Position numbers and translations under genes: made by a program. Positions 25,426 through 38,750 of a DNA stretch of 64,000 nucleotides are shown here, piece by piece. This stretch comes from Felis catus (lineage: Eukaryota), in contig NC_058374.1 of NCBI RefSeq assembly GCF_018350175.1, forward strand, positions 111,042,001 to 111,106,000, in the 5' to 3' direction. Numbering within the stretch: the first letter of the stretch is position 1; every line of letters starts with the position of its first letter. The notes below the pieces were generated by a model, which made no database searches, was not told the origin of the DNA, and saw only the letters and a list, made by a program, of their open reading frames with translations.

Positions 25426-27109
25426 ATCTTGAGTTTCCTCCCATGGGAGTAGGATTTTTCCTCTGCTTTGCCCACAGTAGGCAGGGAAGTTCTAAACCCA
25501 GAACTGCACAAAGGGTCACTACATTCCTAGATAGCTAGAGATTCATTCCATCCTGACTCACTCTGTTGATTCACTCTGTCCTAGCTCAATGAATCCTCAA
25601 CATGCTATAGGACTCAGTATGGGGCTGACTATCCTACTTGGTAATCCCTGAAATCTATAGCTTCTTGAAAAAAAACACAAAAAACATAAAATTAATTTCT
25701 GGAATTTTTCATTATATGAGATAAAAGTTTGCAATTGAAATTTGCTAGGTGAGTCTTGGGTTGTTTATCACTGATCTAGACTCCAAACTCTGAGATAGAA
25801 TGTAAATTTTATTTGCCTAGGATCTATTCTTCAAAAGCACACAAGCCCAGTTAAGGGTTACTTCAAATATGTGTTGAGTAACATGCAATTTGGATATTTA
25901 AGTATGGGAAGTATTGCTTTACATATCCCTGAAGTAAAAAGCATATTATGGTCCCAAAGTGTTCCCAAGAAAGGCACTTATATGATGATAAAAGATATAA
26001 CATCTTTAAAAAATTCATGCATACCATTTAAAAGTGATTGAGATACAGCTATCAATTATAAAACAGGCTAATTTGGGGGCAAAGTGGGTTTTGAAAAAAA
26101 GACATATCAATCAAAGATTGTCAAGATTTGTCTCTAGCCACAACTTAAAATTGACTTTATGAAATTAACCTACTCAGCAACAATTTAAATAGCATTTTGA
26201 ATTCAGCAGCCTATGACAGTATATGTCAATGGCTTTTTCCTGAGATTCTGATATAATAGATCAAAGGTAGTTTTCATCTAATAATCACTTAGGCTTCAGA
26301 GTCTATGAAATAAGTACCAAAAGAAAAAAAAAAAAGAAAGAAAGAAAGAAACCCTCTCTGGGGTTTAAAACATAGAATGTCTTACACTATGAAGGACTAA
26401 AGTTAGCAAATCGCATTTTTACATCTTTTCTTTGCAGTGAGAACCAAAAATGACACAAAATCTATTCTGTGATAATAATATATTTCAGCTTTTCCATTAT
26501 TCCCTGAAGATCCACATATCTGTCATTCTATTACCTTTTAGAATCTCTTCACCAAAGTAAAGCTAAGAAAAATGTATGTGTTCCACTTTCCACTTTATAA
26601 TATTGCTCCTGTCAATCAGACCTAACCAGAGACCACAAGTAAGTTAACAGGATTCTCTGAAACAAATTGAGTCCTTCAGATAAGAATCAATTGGAAAAAA
26701 ATTGTAAGACAAGAATGTCTTTAGGGTATTTATACACTTTTCTTATGAACCTCATTGGTAGGGTCTGAAGCCTGTAAAATTCTAGTTAAAATTGATCAAA
26801 GTAGCAATGTTTGCTTATAAAGTTATCTTCATGCTCAAGGCTGGCATGTGCTCTTATGCCAAATCTATTAGATTATTTTGATGTAACACAATTTATACCG
26901 TCTTAAAAATTGCTGTAAGTTGCAAGTTTTATTACCACTTAAGTAATGAGGAGAAGAACCTAAATTGTTGAGTTGGTTAGAGGTCTAAAGAGTAATATGC
27001 TAAGTCTAAACTGCCCTTGTAATTAACAAACCAAGTGGAACAAAAGGAAGTTAAGCTATCATATTAATTCAAATTTTTCACATTATACAATTATAGGTAA
27101 GAGTCAGTG

Positions 27110-28230
27110 AAACTGATTTTCTAATCAGTAAAAATAGAGAAAAATAAGCAAAAACAAAAGCTGGATTTCTTACTGTTAAGTGCAGTAAAATTGATAAGCT
27201 TTAGGCAGAATTATCAAGGAAAAAAGAGAGAGTCATATATTCCCAATATCCAAACAGATCCTATAAATAGTAAAAGATAATAAAGGGATATCGTGAACAA
27301 CTTTATGCTAATGCATTTCACAACTTAAAAGAAACAGACAAGTTCCTTGAAAGATGTAAACTATCAGAGCTTACTGAGGGAAAAATAGAAACTCTGAAGG
27401 GTCTTATATTTATTAAAGAAAAATAATCCATATTATACAATGGAGCATAAGACCTAAATGCAAGAACAAAGTCTATAAAACTGCCAGAAGAAAATACAAG
27501 AAAAAGTCTTTGTGACCTTTGGTTAGGCAAAAATTTCTTAGATAAGATATAAAAAGCACAAACTCTAAAAGAAAAAAAATAATGTTTCCCCAAATTAAGT
27601 ATTTTCTAAACACATTTTTGAGAAAATGGAAAGATTAGCTAGAAATTGGGAGAAAATGGTCAAATATATAACTGACATGCTATGTGACCCAGCAATCTCA
27701 CTCATACATATTTATTTAAAAGAAATGTAAATATATGGTGACACAAAAACCTGTATGTGAATGATTGTGACAGCTTTATTTATATTACCCTCAAACTCAG
27801 AACAACCCAAATGTTTATTAGCTGGCAAATGGATAAATCAATTGTGGTATATCCATACAATGTAATACTGCTCAGCCATAAAAAAGAATAAATTACTGAT
27901 ACATGCAGTGAAATAAATTAATTTTAATAGTATTAGTTTAAGTGAAAGAAGATAGACACAAAAAACATACACAGTAAATTCCATTTATGTAAAACTTTCA
28001 AAAAGGCAAAATTAAAACACACGTCATTGACACAGGAACTGGTTTGGAGAGAGACAGGATTGATAGTAGAGGGACAGCAGGCAAGTTTCTGAGTTGATGG
28101 AAATGTTCTACCTCTTCACAGGTGAGTACATAGATGTATACCCGTGTCCAAATTCATCAAATTATACCCTTTATTTAAAATGTTGAATTTTATTTTATGT
28201 TAACTATGCCCCAAAAAAGTTGAATTTAAG
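27110..28230 (+). mobile_element. Old L1M (MC-ME class) with internally deleted ORF2
   Basis: Translates to EQLYANAFHNLKETDKFLERCKL, then DLNARTKSIKLPEENTRKSLCDLWLGK, then the CDPAI segment, then 3'UTR. Confidence 0.92.
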
Positions 28231-28450
28231 AAGAATAAATGTGCTACCTAAAAGTTCCTGAGATTGTCTAAAATGAAATGTCAGGCTATTGAAATGTTGA
28301 GGTCTCCAAAAATATTGGAGACATCATAATGGGAAGACCATATAAATAAAAATGTGAGACAAAGGAAAATTACATGAATAGAAAAGTTCCAATTGGAAAA
28401 TTAAACACGTGGAAATTTTGGAAGTAGGACAATTAAAAAATAGTGAGAGA

Positions 28451-28684
28451 GGGGCGCCTGGGTGGCTCAGTTGATTAAGCATTTGACTTTGACTCAGGTC
28501 ATGATCTCACAGCTCATGAGTTCAAGCTCCAGTCTGGCTCTGTGCTGACAGCTCAGACCCGGGAGCCTGCTTCAAATTCTGTGTTTCTCTCTCTGCCCCT
28601 CCCCCACTCATGCTCTGTCTGCCTGTGTGTCTGTCTCTCTCTGTCTCAAGAATAAATAAAAATTAAAAAAAAAACTTTTTTAAG
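28451..28684 (+). mobile_element. Can-SINE
   Basis: ggggcgcctgggtggctcag head; TSD tagtgagaga at 28441-28450 and 28685-28694. Confidence 0.96.
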
Positions 28685-28949
28685 TAGTGAGAGAGAAGGG
28701 ATAGAAAGATTGAACAGTAGAAATGGGGAAAACAAAGGATGAGAATATGAGGGAGAATATGATAATGCTGAGAACAAAGGGATCTCAGCATTATCACATA
28801 GTGAGGTTTGCAAAGCTGCTTCTAAAGCTGTTTTCTTGCATATTGATTATGCAAGATTCCAGAGGCAAGGTATTGATTCCTTGATGTGCACAGTTTTTGA
28901 GCTTTCCTGAAACAGCAGGATGCACTTTAGAGAACACTTCTTTCCACCA

Positions 28950-28968
28950 GTGCCAGAAGGGGGCAAAG
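28950..28968 (+). promoter_or_regulatory. Candidate CTCF motif
   Basis: CCAGAAGGGGGCA at 28953-28965 matches the CTCF core, in non-repeat DNA; occupancy unknown. Confidence 0.4.
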
Positions 28969-29639
28969 CATTATAAAACAGTGCTTAGTACTTTTACAGT
29001 TGAGTGAGTTTGGGGGTTGTTTCAGAGTTAAAGGCAGGAAATGCTCACTGAAAGACAAGCTTCAAATTCCACCTGCCCATGTTGAAGGATTGGAGGAATG
29101 AAATGCTTCGCTGAAGAGAAAAAAATGTTCAGAAATAGAAATAAGCCATTCCAAGATAGAATGTGGTGAAGGAAATGGTACAATGGAAGACATCAAAGAG
29201 ACAGAATATTTTGTAAAACAATTTCAAAGGAGGTCTATATTTCCAAAATAAAAATAATTGGTTTTTAGGATGAGCTCATCAAAAAGATCTTTAACTAGCT
29301 TCTGGAAATAGAAACCTCAAGATGAAACAGAGAAGTCATGAAGAATGTATCATTCTGGGAGAGATAGTGTGAAACTCTCAGGGCAGAGGTGAGAGAGAAC
29401 TTTGGACAAGAGATGTGTGTGGGTAGGACTGGAGGGTAGGAATGTTTGGGGTGGGGGAAGGGAGAGGGACAATAACATTTAATCTCCTAATGACCACAGT
29501 AAAAGATTTTTGAAACTATTTGTCACAAATTATAGGTGGTAGTTTGAAGTGGAGGAGGGGGATGGAAGACAGTCTGGTGACTATAGCTGTAAAGAAAGAC
29601 CCCATCTGTTCAAATTCTTTACTATGGCGCATAAACTTC

Positions 29640-30290
29640 ATGATCTGTCCTGCCCACTGTTCACAGCTCTTCTGTTTCTTCCTACCCCTATGCATTTTGT
29701 TTATATCTTCCCATAAGCTGTTTTTCCCGTTGCCTTGAATACATTTCTTTCTCAAATGTCACCTTTTTGGAAAAATTTTTCCAGATGTAGTCTCACTCAA
29801 AACCGAGTTATTTTGCATTCCTGTAGCTTGTCCAATAAATAGCATAATATAATAAACATCACCTCTATTGTGCATGTATTATGTTCTGAAACTATAGCTG
29901 TTGTATTATACATGTTATGCCTAATCCTCATAAAAACCAATAAAGTAGGTACAATAATCTTTAAAGATAAGCAGTCTGGGGGACAGGGAGCTTTTATAAA
30001 GTGCCTGAGGTCACACACCTGGTAACTGTTGAGATTTGAGCCCAGATCTGTTGGGCTCTAGAGAACATTCTTTTCCATTTCACTCGGCTACCTTTTGCAC
30101 TAGTCTTACATAGTGTAATTATTTTTTACATGTCTATATGCCTTACCAGACTGTGAGTTCTTCCAGACTGGAATATGACTACTCATCTTTGTCTCTCCAA
30201 CACCAAATACAGACAGTGCCTACTCAGTGTTTAATATGTGTTCAATAATATATGAATGAAAGAATGAATGCATATGTGAATGAATAACTA
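29640..30290. mobile_element. L2(+) / MIR(-) / L2 3' end(+) cluster
   Basis: L2 about 29640-29800; MIR about 29850-30085 (cctgaggtcacacacctggtaa); L2 tail about 30110-30290 (ccagactgtgagttctt...gaatgaatg). Confidence 0.7.
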
Positions 30291-30786
30291 AGAATTTCCA
30301 TGGTGAACATAAAAAGAAAGCACAAGATGTCAGTCATGTAATTTAAACATGTAATGATATGAAACCTTAAAAATCAAATTCAGTGTTTAACTTTCCAAAA
30401 ATTAATTTTAAAATGGAACACACAAATGCATTATTTATCAAAATTCAAGACAATCTAAACAACTTTTTATAAATATATGCTGCCAGTTTGACTTTTCTGA
30501 GACTTTGGCAGAAAATTTCTCCTGCCATGTCTGTGCCTATGTTTGAACTTTACTGTAAATGTGTCATTGATTCTGAAGAAGATTGCTTGGCATATTGATA
30601 CGATATTTCTACCTTATGAAAATTCCCATCACTTACATAGCTCCAAATGACAGGAAAAAAGAAGAGAATCACTGGGGCAATAAATCAACAATTTGGGAAA
30701 ATATATCAACATGATTTACCACATGAACTAGCATAATTCTTCTATGTGGATAGAGGCTAGGCTTTTTCAAATGAACAGCAAACAGT

Positions 30787-31228
30787 AGCATGTGATTGGT
30801 TGTATTATTGTTTGCAATATCTACCTCCTCTCTCCCTATTTTCCCTCTTTCAACCCATTGCTATCCTCTTTGTAGTTATTATATATTTTCTTGCCTTTTT
30901 GACATCAGGTTTAGCCATTAGACTTGCCCTGGCGAGTGGCCTGTTGCAATATACAGACGTTTGCCACATTTGAGCAGAAGTAGAAGCAGATGTCACTTGT
31001 CTCCACCAGCTTTCTTGCTTTTCTTTCACTGCTATGAAAATGCATGTCCCATAAAGGGACTGAAATAAGAAAACACATGGAGCTGAGCCAAGTAGAGCCA
31101 AACAAAGCCACAGCAGCTGCAGTTGACCCACAAATACTGACATGTAACTTAAGCAGGGAATACATGTTTTTGTGAACCTCTGAGATTTGGGGGATGTTTG
31201 TTACAGCAACAAAGCTAACTAATAGATA
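30787..31228 (+). mobile_element. MaLR LTR (MLT1H/I/J-like)
   Basis: gccattagacttgccctggc...ctctgagatttgggggatgtttgttacagcaac...aactaata. Confidence 0.85.
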
Positions 31229-31624
31229 AGAATTTAATGGAAACAAAAGAACAGTGTCATACTGGTTACAAAAGTGTGAAGAATAACCTTCTCCCCAGGG
31301 CTGCATAGAATTTTACCCTTGGGTCCCAAAGGAGGACTGAATGTACCCAAAGTCTCAAAAAAATCACTCAGCCCTTATATTAGGACTTTATGCCAATTCA
31401 AAGGGACACTGGCTTTCAGCTCCTTTATTGTTCTTAAATGACAAAGCTGAAAAATCAAAACCAAACAAATAACAATAAACCTCCTTCTTCACCACTGGCC
31501 AGAAAATACCAAAGCATATCAATTTATGAAAGTAGAAAATAGAAGTGGTCACCAGCCCGCTAGTCCTACAAATAGCCAAATTCTGAAACCCATCCAGATA
31601 TAAGCTAGGACACCCTGCTCTATC

Positions 31625-32170
31625 CCCCCGCCCTTTTTTTTTTTATAGATGAAGAAACTGAATCTCAGAGTAATTACCATGGTAAGTTTCCAAGGTCATT
31701 TTTATGGGCTGAATTGCATCCCCCTGAAATTCATCTGTTGTAGCCTTAACCTCTGATACCTCAGAGTGTGATTGTGTAGAGATAGGGCGTTTAAAGAGAT
31801 GTTTATGTTGAAGTGAGGCTGTTAGGAAAGGCCCTAATCCAATCTGACTGGTATCCTTTAAGAAAAGAGAATTTAGACACACAAAGAGATACCCTGGAAA
31901 AACCAGATGAAGACACAGAAAGAAGGCAACCATCTGCAAGCCAAGGAGAGAGGCCTCAGAAGAAATCAAAGCCACAGACTGACACCTTATTCTTGGACAT
32001 CTAGCTTCAAAAACTGTGAGAAAATAAATATTTGTTGTTTTAGCCACTCAGTCTGTAGTATTTTGTTATGCCAGCCCTAGTAAATTAATATAATCACAGA
32101 GTTAATAAGAAGCTGAGGTACATTTCAAATTTGATCTGCAAAACTCCAAAGCTTTGCTCCTTCCACACTC
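31625..32170 (-). mobile_element. MIR interrupted by an MLT1 LTR (31625-31700 and 32093-32170)
   Basis: tatagatgaagaaactgaatctcagag...tttccaaggtca | LTR | atcacagagttaataag...atttcaaatttgatctg. Confidence 0.75.
31701..32092 (+). mobile_element. MaLR LTR (MLT1A/B-like solo LTR)
   Basis: ttatgggctgaattg start, ggccctaatccaatctgactggt, ccatctgcaagccaaggagagaggcctcagaaga, ttttgttatg end. Confidence 0.95.
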
Positions 32171-32489
32171 ATAATTTCCTGCCTTTTCCTAACCAACATG
32201 AATTTATTACTTGTGTATGTCTATAGACAGATAGGAGTCAACTAATAATAATAGGTAAATCACCCCTAATTGAGCTTTTACTACATGTTACTATCTGAAG
32301 AGCTTTGCATGCAAACAGGCTGTATCATGCTCATAGAAGCAAGTAATCCATGTAAGAGAGGCCAACTGTCTTTCCAAGTCCTACTCACCAACCCAGACTC
32401 AGTTAAACTCCACTTCCTTTTGGAAAGATTCATACTGTACTCTCATGTAGATATCCCTTTTATGAAGTCTTTTGTTTACTTCTGTGATG

Positions 32490-32635
32490 ATTCTTATCAA
32501 ATTTTTAAATTGCTATTTGTCCCCACACTGGATACTAATTTCTTAGGTATCAAAGACTATTTTCATTTCTTTATTCTCACTACTTTGCATAGTATTTGGC
32601 ACATCCCAAGCACTATTTTTTATTTTTCTTGAACT
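32490..32635 (+). mobile_element. L2 3' end fragment
   Basis: ccccacactggatactaatttctt...atagtatttggcacat. Confidence 0.55.
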
Positions 32636-33409
32636 GAGGTTTTATGTCCGTTTATGACCATCTCTTACCAAAAAAAACCCTGACCTGATAGAAGACCTAA
32701 CCAACTTCAAATAATTCTTTATGACATGTATCTTCTTAAAATAAGCAAAAATCTTTTCTTTCCTTGGAAGAAACAGGTCCGCCTCGTGGGTCCCAAATTT
32801 TTTTGAGCAATTTGGGGGAAAGATTTTGCAGAATACAAAACATTATAAGTCAGATAACAATGACCTTATTTTTATACATCTTTGCTGCCTGTGTGGATTT
32901 TCCTTATACTATTTTAAAAATTTTTATTTTAAGACATACCATCAATACTCTAGTTGGGAAACAAGGAATGGTAATGGTAGATTTTTAAAAATTTTTTCAA
33001 GGGCCAAGGTAGCTTAACATATAGAATCCTATGACAAAAATTTGATGAATGAATGATCAGAGATAAATATCAGATATCCCTTGCTTCTCCTTAGGCACCA
33101 TAATCCCCTCTAGCCATCACTTCATTTCTTTGCTTTTCTTTGCATATCTTTTTAAGTAAATTATCACCTTCACTGTCCCCACCTAACTACCTCCAATTTA
33201 GTGTTTTCTCCACTCCAGATAGACTTCCAATCTTACTATGGCACTAGCACCTTTCATCCAGGTCACCAATAACTCCATGTCACCCAATCCTTGCCCAATC
33301 CAATTAATAACTCTTATCTTTTTCAACTTTCAATGACTTTTCAGACAGTTTACCAATCTGCCTTTCTTGGGACACCTCCTCTCATAGGCTTCTATAATAG
33401 CCTTGTCTC

Positions 33410-33885
33410 TTCTGCTTGCAGGTAATAGGAACATAACTCAAACCAACTTGTTTAAACACAGAAGGAATTTATTGGCTCCTTTATCCAAGAAGTTAAAGGA
33501 ATAATTCTAGTTTAAGACACCATTGGATCCAGAAGTTCAAACAATATTATCAGAAATTTGTTTATTTTCCTCTACCTCTCACCTTATATTTCGTCTGTTA
33601 TCTTGTTTGTTAGGCAGTTTCACCTCACATGGCAACAAAAGAAGGCTATTGGCAGTTATACGCTTGTGTCAATCATCCTTCTCTTTACTGGTCTTAATTT
33701 GGATGGCAGGGGGACACATGCTTCTTTCCTGGGAGTGTTAATGCAAGTTATGGGAAAACTTCAATTGAACAAGCCTGGTGCCATTTCCAGCCTAAAATTA
33801 ATGAGGATGGTCAGGTGTGTTAGGAGAGAATTAGCCCCGCTGAGCTGAACTGACTGAGATGCAGGGGAAAATAGTCAATCTAGAA
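33410..33885 (-). mobile_element. MaLR LTR (MLT1J/K-like)
   Basis: ttgcaggtaataggaacataactcaaacc...aggaatttattggctc is the reverse-complement LTR terminus. Confidence 0.8.
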
Positions 33886-33902
33886 AACACACACACTCAA
33901 AT

Positions 33903-33903
<1 letters not shown>

Positions 33904-33940
<37 letters not shown>
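33904..33940 (+). repeat. (CA)18 microsatellite
   Basis: Direct reading. Confidence 0.98.
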
Positions 33941-33943
<3 letters not shown>

Positions 33944-35039
33944 GTTCCATAGCTTCTATAACAATGATTTTTTTTCTCTTTCTTATTTTACTCTTTCTCT
34001 TATTTTTCTTCTTATGTTTCTACCTGTTCTTTCTCAATCTCCTTTGTTGGCTTTACCTCCAGTGTTCAACTCTGAGCTTTGTTGTGAGTCCTTTTTTTTC
34101 TCTACTCATCCCCTCTTCCTAGCTGTTGATTAAAATTATTTTAGATCTGAAATTTAAATTTACTTGTGAAGTTGATGACTCCTCAAATTTATGTCTCCAG
34201 AAGCAATCTCTTCTCTGGGTAACAAATACAGGCTTCTAACTTCTTACTTGAAATTTCCACATATATATCTATATGCATCTCAAAATGTATTTAAACCTCT
34301 TATAAAACCTATTATTTTCTCCAGTCTTCAACATCTCATTAAAGGCCACCAGCATCCACCAGCTGTTCAGTCTAAAAATGTAGGAAACACCCATGTCTTC
34401 TATCTTTCCATCAATTCCCATATTGAATTCTTCAGGAAATTACACCATATATAGATCTAAAATGCATTCAGATCCATTCATCTCTAAGCCAACCTTATTT
34501 CTCACTTAGACAATAGCAATAGCCTACTAAATTAAACTTTCTTCTTGCTTCTAACTCTTCTCTATAAGCCAGTTTTCTACTGAGCAGTTTGAGTGAACTT
34601 CTTGGCATCTCTTACCTCATCTCATTAAACTTTCCATCTCCTTCGCTATACTAGAGCCATGCTGGCCTCCTTTCTGTTCTTCCAGTAGGCTAAGCCATTT
34701 TCTGCTTCAAAATTTTTGCATTTTCTCTTTCCCCTGGCTGGAATGCTCTTTCCCTAGCTCTTTGATTTTTTCAGATCTTAGCTTAAATAGCCTCTCTGTA
34801 GAGGGACCTCCTTTTAACACTTTGTCTAAATTTATTTTATTAATTCTCTAAATTCATCACTTGCTGGAAAGACTGTAAGCTCTATGAGCATATGGACCCT
34901 TGCCTATTATGTGTATCCCTAAATTGCCAGAACCTAGGACACTGCTTAGGTACTCAAAATCTATTTGAATAAAGATCTCCATCTATTTCATTCATGGAAT
35001 TTAGTACAGTTCCTTTCTTGCTAACTTTTTGTTGCTGTG

Positions 35040-35160
35040 GTTGTTCAATGACTGTCTTCTCCACTAGAATGTAATCTTCATCAAGAGATGATAACCTTGT
35101 TATATCTCCAGTACTTAGTACGTAGCAGACACTAACTGAATCAATATTTACTAGTGATTG
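35040..35160 (+). mobile_element. L2 3' end fragment
   Basis: gtcttctccactagaatgtaatcttc...tatatctccagtacttagtac. Confidence 0.6.
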
Positions 35161-36309
35161 TTTCTTGAACTTAAGCAGAGACCGTCATTAATAAAGCATT
35201 CATCTTGACTCTCCCACCTGAAAAGTAGAAATTATACTAATTATTATTTGATAGGAATACCTATGTCTTGGCCAATATTTGCCATTTTGAAATAGTGATT
35301 AGAAGCGTTAATCATAAATACAAAATTGTTAGGTACAAATTCTGTAACCACATTCTAGCTTTCTTAGTCTCTACACTCCTACAGACTCCCTATATATTCG
35401 AAAAATACCAATATGTCATTATTCCTCTATTCTCTCACCCCTCAATGCCATTTTGCATTTTGTTCTTTCCATTCCTGTAGTCTCATTCCTCTCCTTTCTT
35501 TACCTAATGAATTCCTATTTACCTTAAACATAAATGTTCATTCTGTGGAAACCCTCCCCCAATTTTTTGCTCATCCTTTCCCTGCTTTCACATATTTTTA
35601 CATATTCTTATGATAACACTTATTGCATTGTATTTATGTATATGTATATATATATGAATATGTATGTATCTGTGTGTATGTATCTTGTCCTTTCATTTCT
35701 GTTATCTTTCTCACCTCTGGGAACATCAGTATCTACTGTGTCACTGGCATGTAGTTGGTACCAACAGATGTTGGTGAAAACAGAGTTAATATGGCTGTCA
35801 AATCTTATCCAAAATGGGCCAGTGATATTTATTGTAATCAACCAATGGAAAAGGCAAAAAGAGTATCAGTTTATATTTTTATGTCATTTCTAATTTTCTA
35901 TCCAAACACTTCCACAGCAGTTCCTTCATTTTAACCTCATAACATCTATAATAATAAATCATTACCATATTATAATGAAGCAAAGACAGATTAAGTCATT
36001 GATGTATGGTCAACAGCTAATAATTGGCATTAAAGAAAAAGACTTTTGTCTCCTGACTTTGAGCTACATACTCTTCCAACTGCACTAAGTATTCATTTTC
36101 AACCTTGGTTCAAGACAAAATTGTTAGCACTTGTACTGATATTACAGTGTTCTAAAAATGACAACTGGTTACCAAACAAGAAAAATAATACTAACTTTGA
36201 ATAGTAACCAAAGAAACAAACAGAATTTTTTCCTATTAAATTAGCATCAAAGTAATACTTTTGTGAAGGGGATGTGGTAAAGTATTTTTTTTTACTAGTA
36301 GTAATAAAA

Positions 36310-36740
36310 ATTGATTTAAAAATATCCCTTGGAAAGGAATTGACTGTATTCTATAAGAACCTTAAACTATTTAAATGCCCCCATAAACCCGCTTCTTGGA
36401 ATATATATAATGAAAATAATAGGAGACGTAGTTTTATGTACTACTTTTACTGTAGATAATACAGCGTCGTTTATAATGGTAGTAAAAATTGAAACAACCT
36501 AAGTATACAACGAGGAAAGACTAAGTTATTTGAGTGTGAGGAAATGTTATGATGGCAATAATTACACTTACAAATCAATTTTAATTACAGGAAAAATTCT
36601 TATAATGTTAATTTTAATATGAATAAGATATGTTCTTATAGTCTCATACCTGTAGAAATACTCATAGAAATAAAATTTAAAATAGATTAAAAATGCAAGT
36701 AGTATTTTTTATTGTTGGGAAAAAGGGGATTTTAAATTAT
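36310..36740 (+). mobile_element. Decayed L1ME-like fragment
   Basis: acagcgtcgtttataatggtagtaaaaattgaaacaacctaagtat resembles ORF2 AALFII.K.WKQPK. Confidence 0.6.
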
Positions 36741-37849
36741 TTATTTGTATAATGGAGAAAGCAAAGTAAAAAACAGTTTTAACCTTTTTCAATATGTCAT
36801 AAGTTCTAAAATACCACAGCTGCATACCCACTACAGCTGACAAGAAGGTTTGATGATAAAGAAAATTTTAACCTCCCTATTGTCTAAGAAATTTGATTGG
36901 TCGTTGAAACGTGGTCATTTCCATGGGAGAAAAAAGGGTCAGATTATGGAACTAGGAGGGAAAGTCAGGATTGTTACTGAGACATAAGGAGGCATGAGAC
37001 CGTGGAAAAACAGATAAGAAAGAGACTTTCAAGCTGTAGAGTAAAACAAGCACCCATCTCCCCAAGAACATCAGATAATATTCAGAACAAAATTGTCCAC
37101 CTGAATTATATAGAGTCCTGTGCCTTTTCTCTTATCACATTTATGCCTTCTCCAATTTTTATTGGCGTTCATATTAAACCTCCTAAATTTTCTATCTAGT
37201 GGCCAAGTAATGTGATCTTTGTAACTTCTCAGTGCCTAAAATGGTTAGTGCTTATCACACACTAAGCTCTTGAGAGTTTATGGAATTGAATTAGGTAAGC
37301 ACTCCAATAAGGTTTTCAAAGCAAGGGGACTGACGATGACAGCAGATTTTTTAGGAAGGTGGGTGTGGTAGCGATGCATAAAACAATTCAAGTTCTGAGA
37401 GACTGAATTTAGGAAATGTAGATGAATCATGGCTATAGTATTTTTGGTACAGAGGGTCCTTTTAGGATGGGGTAGAGGAATGAACTAAAGCAAAAATGAT
37501 AACCAACAAATTTAACAACCTGTGCAGCATGGCTACGGACCAGCCAGAAGAGAAGCTGGCTGAGTGAGGGTTGTGGGGGGGTCCTTAAAACAGGCTCAGG
37601 TATAAATCTGAAGCTGCTGGATCATGCAAGGTTGTTGGGGGGGGGGTGGCAAGAGAAAGGATAGGTGATGAGGTGGTGGTGAGTACTTAGAGAATTCAGC
37701 GCAGGGGTAGAAGAAAATATTTCAACATTTCAAACTCAGTATAGCATTCAAGTGCACACCACTTGATGTGTGCCTTGGATAGAAAGGAAGATTGCAAGGA
37801 GCATTTGGGAAAAGTGAGTTAAAAGGACTTAGAAAACAATGATGCGCAA

Positions 37850-38050
37850 GAGAGAAATATTAAAGAAGTTTCTAGCATATATTGGGGAGAATATTTTCCG
37901 CTTAACAAAAAAGAGGAACGGAGCTAGTTTTTATCGTTAAAATGGGATGGTTCTAGAAGTGTTTAAGTTTGAAATGATAGTAGGATATCTAAGTGGGACT
38001 AATCAAAGGAGGAGATATATGACTTAAAGGGAGAACTAGCATTTGAACAT
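37850..38050 (-). mobile_element. L2 fragment
   Basis: gtgtttaagtttgaaatg...ggatatctaagtgg antisense L2 core. Confidence 0.5.
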
Positions 38051-38069
38051 ACTAAAATGGAGAATTACT

Positions 38070-38296
38070 GGGGTGCCTGGGTGGCTCAGTTAGTTAAGCG
38101 TCCAACTTTAGCTCAGGTCATGATGTCATACTCCGTGAGTTTGAGCCCCGCATCAGGCTCTGTGCTGACAGCTCAGAGCCTGGAGCCTGTTTCAGATTCT
38201 GTGTCTTCCTCTCTCTCTGCCCCTCCCCTGCTCGTGCTCTCTCTCTGTCTCAAAAATAAATAAAAACATTTAAAAATTTTTTTAAATAAAATAAAA
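38070..38296 (+). mobile_element. Can-SINE
   Basis: Perfect 17-bp TSD taaaatggagaattact at 38053-38069 and 38297-38313. Confidence 0.98.
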
Positions 38297-38557
38297 TAAA
38301 ATGGAGAATTACTTCCACACAGAGATGCTAAGTCGGGAAGCTGAGGGAGGGGAACCCACTGGGGTCTGCAGAAAGAGGGAAGAAGAGATCTTAGCAGATA
38401 GCAACTCTGCTCAGGTTAGGGGCATTTGAAGAGTTGTTTTCTTCTGTATTTCTGACATTTCCATATTTTCTGTAATAATCATGGCATTCCTTTTATAAAT
38501 AGGGGAAATATTTACTTTTAAATCTGATTTTATTTTCACCATAAAAATTATCTAGAG

Positions 38558-38606
38558 CAGTATAACTCAAAGTGTGATCTAAATCACAGAGTTAGCTAAT
38601 TCAAAT

Positions 38607-38644
<38 letters not shown>

Positions 38645-38750
38645 TTTTGGTTTCAGGCTTAATGAATCAAGATCTCAGTGGATGGCACCCAGGAATCTGA
38701 ATTTTCAACAAACTTCCTAGGGGATTTTTATGCACACTGAAGAACCAATG
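38558..38750. mobile_element. MER5-like hAT-Charlie element containing (TAG)12
   Basis: cagtataactcaaagtgtg start, ggcacccaggaatctgaattttcaacaa, gaagaaccaatg end; (TAG)12 at 38607-38642. Confidence 0.7.

Larger units (their letters stand above)
33075..34975 (+). mobile_element. Long L2 remnant (33075-33410 and 33960-34975) split by an LTR and (CA)n
   Basis: ggtcaccaataactccatg, gatgactcctcaaatttatgtctccag, cctggctggaatgctcttt, gactgtaagctctatgag; collinear L2 ORF2 to 3' end. Confidence 0.85.

Noticed and set aside
26542-26573. 32-nt mini-exon candidate (ESLHQSKAKKN)
   Set aside because: Not frame-preserving, moderate donor, no homology recognised
30850-32047. ORFs of 97-134 aa
   Set aside because: Lie inside MLT1 solo LTRs, which are non-coding
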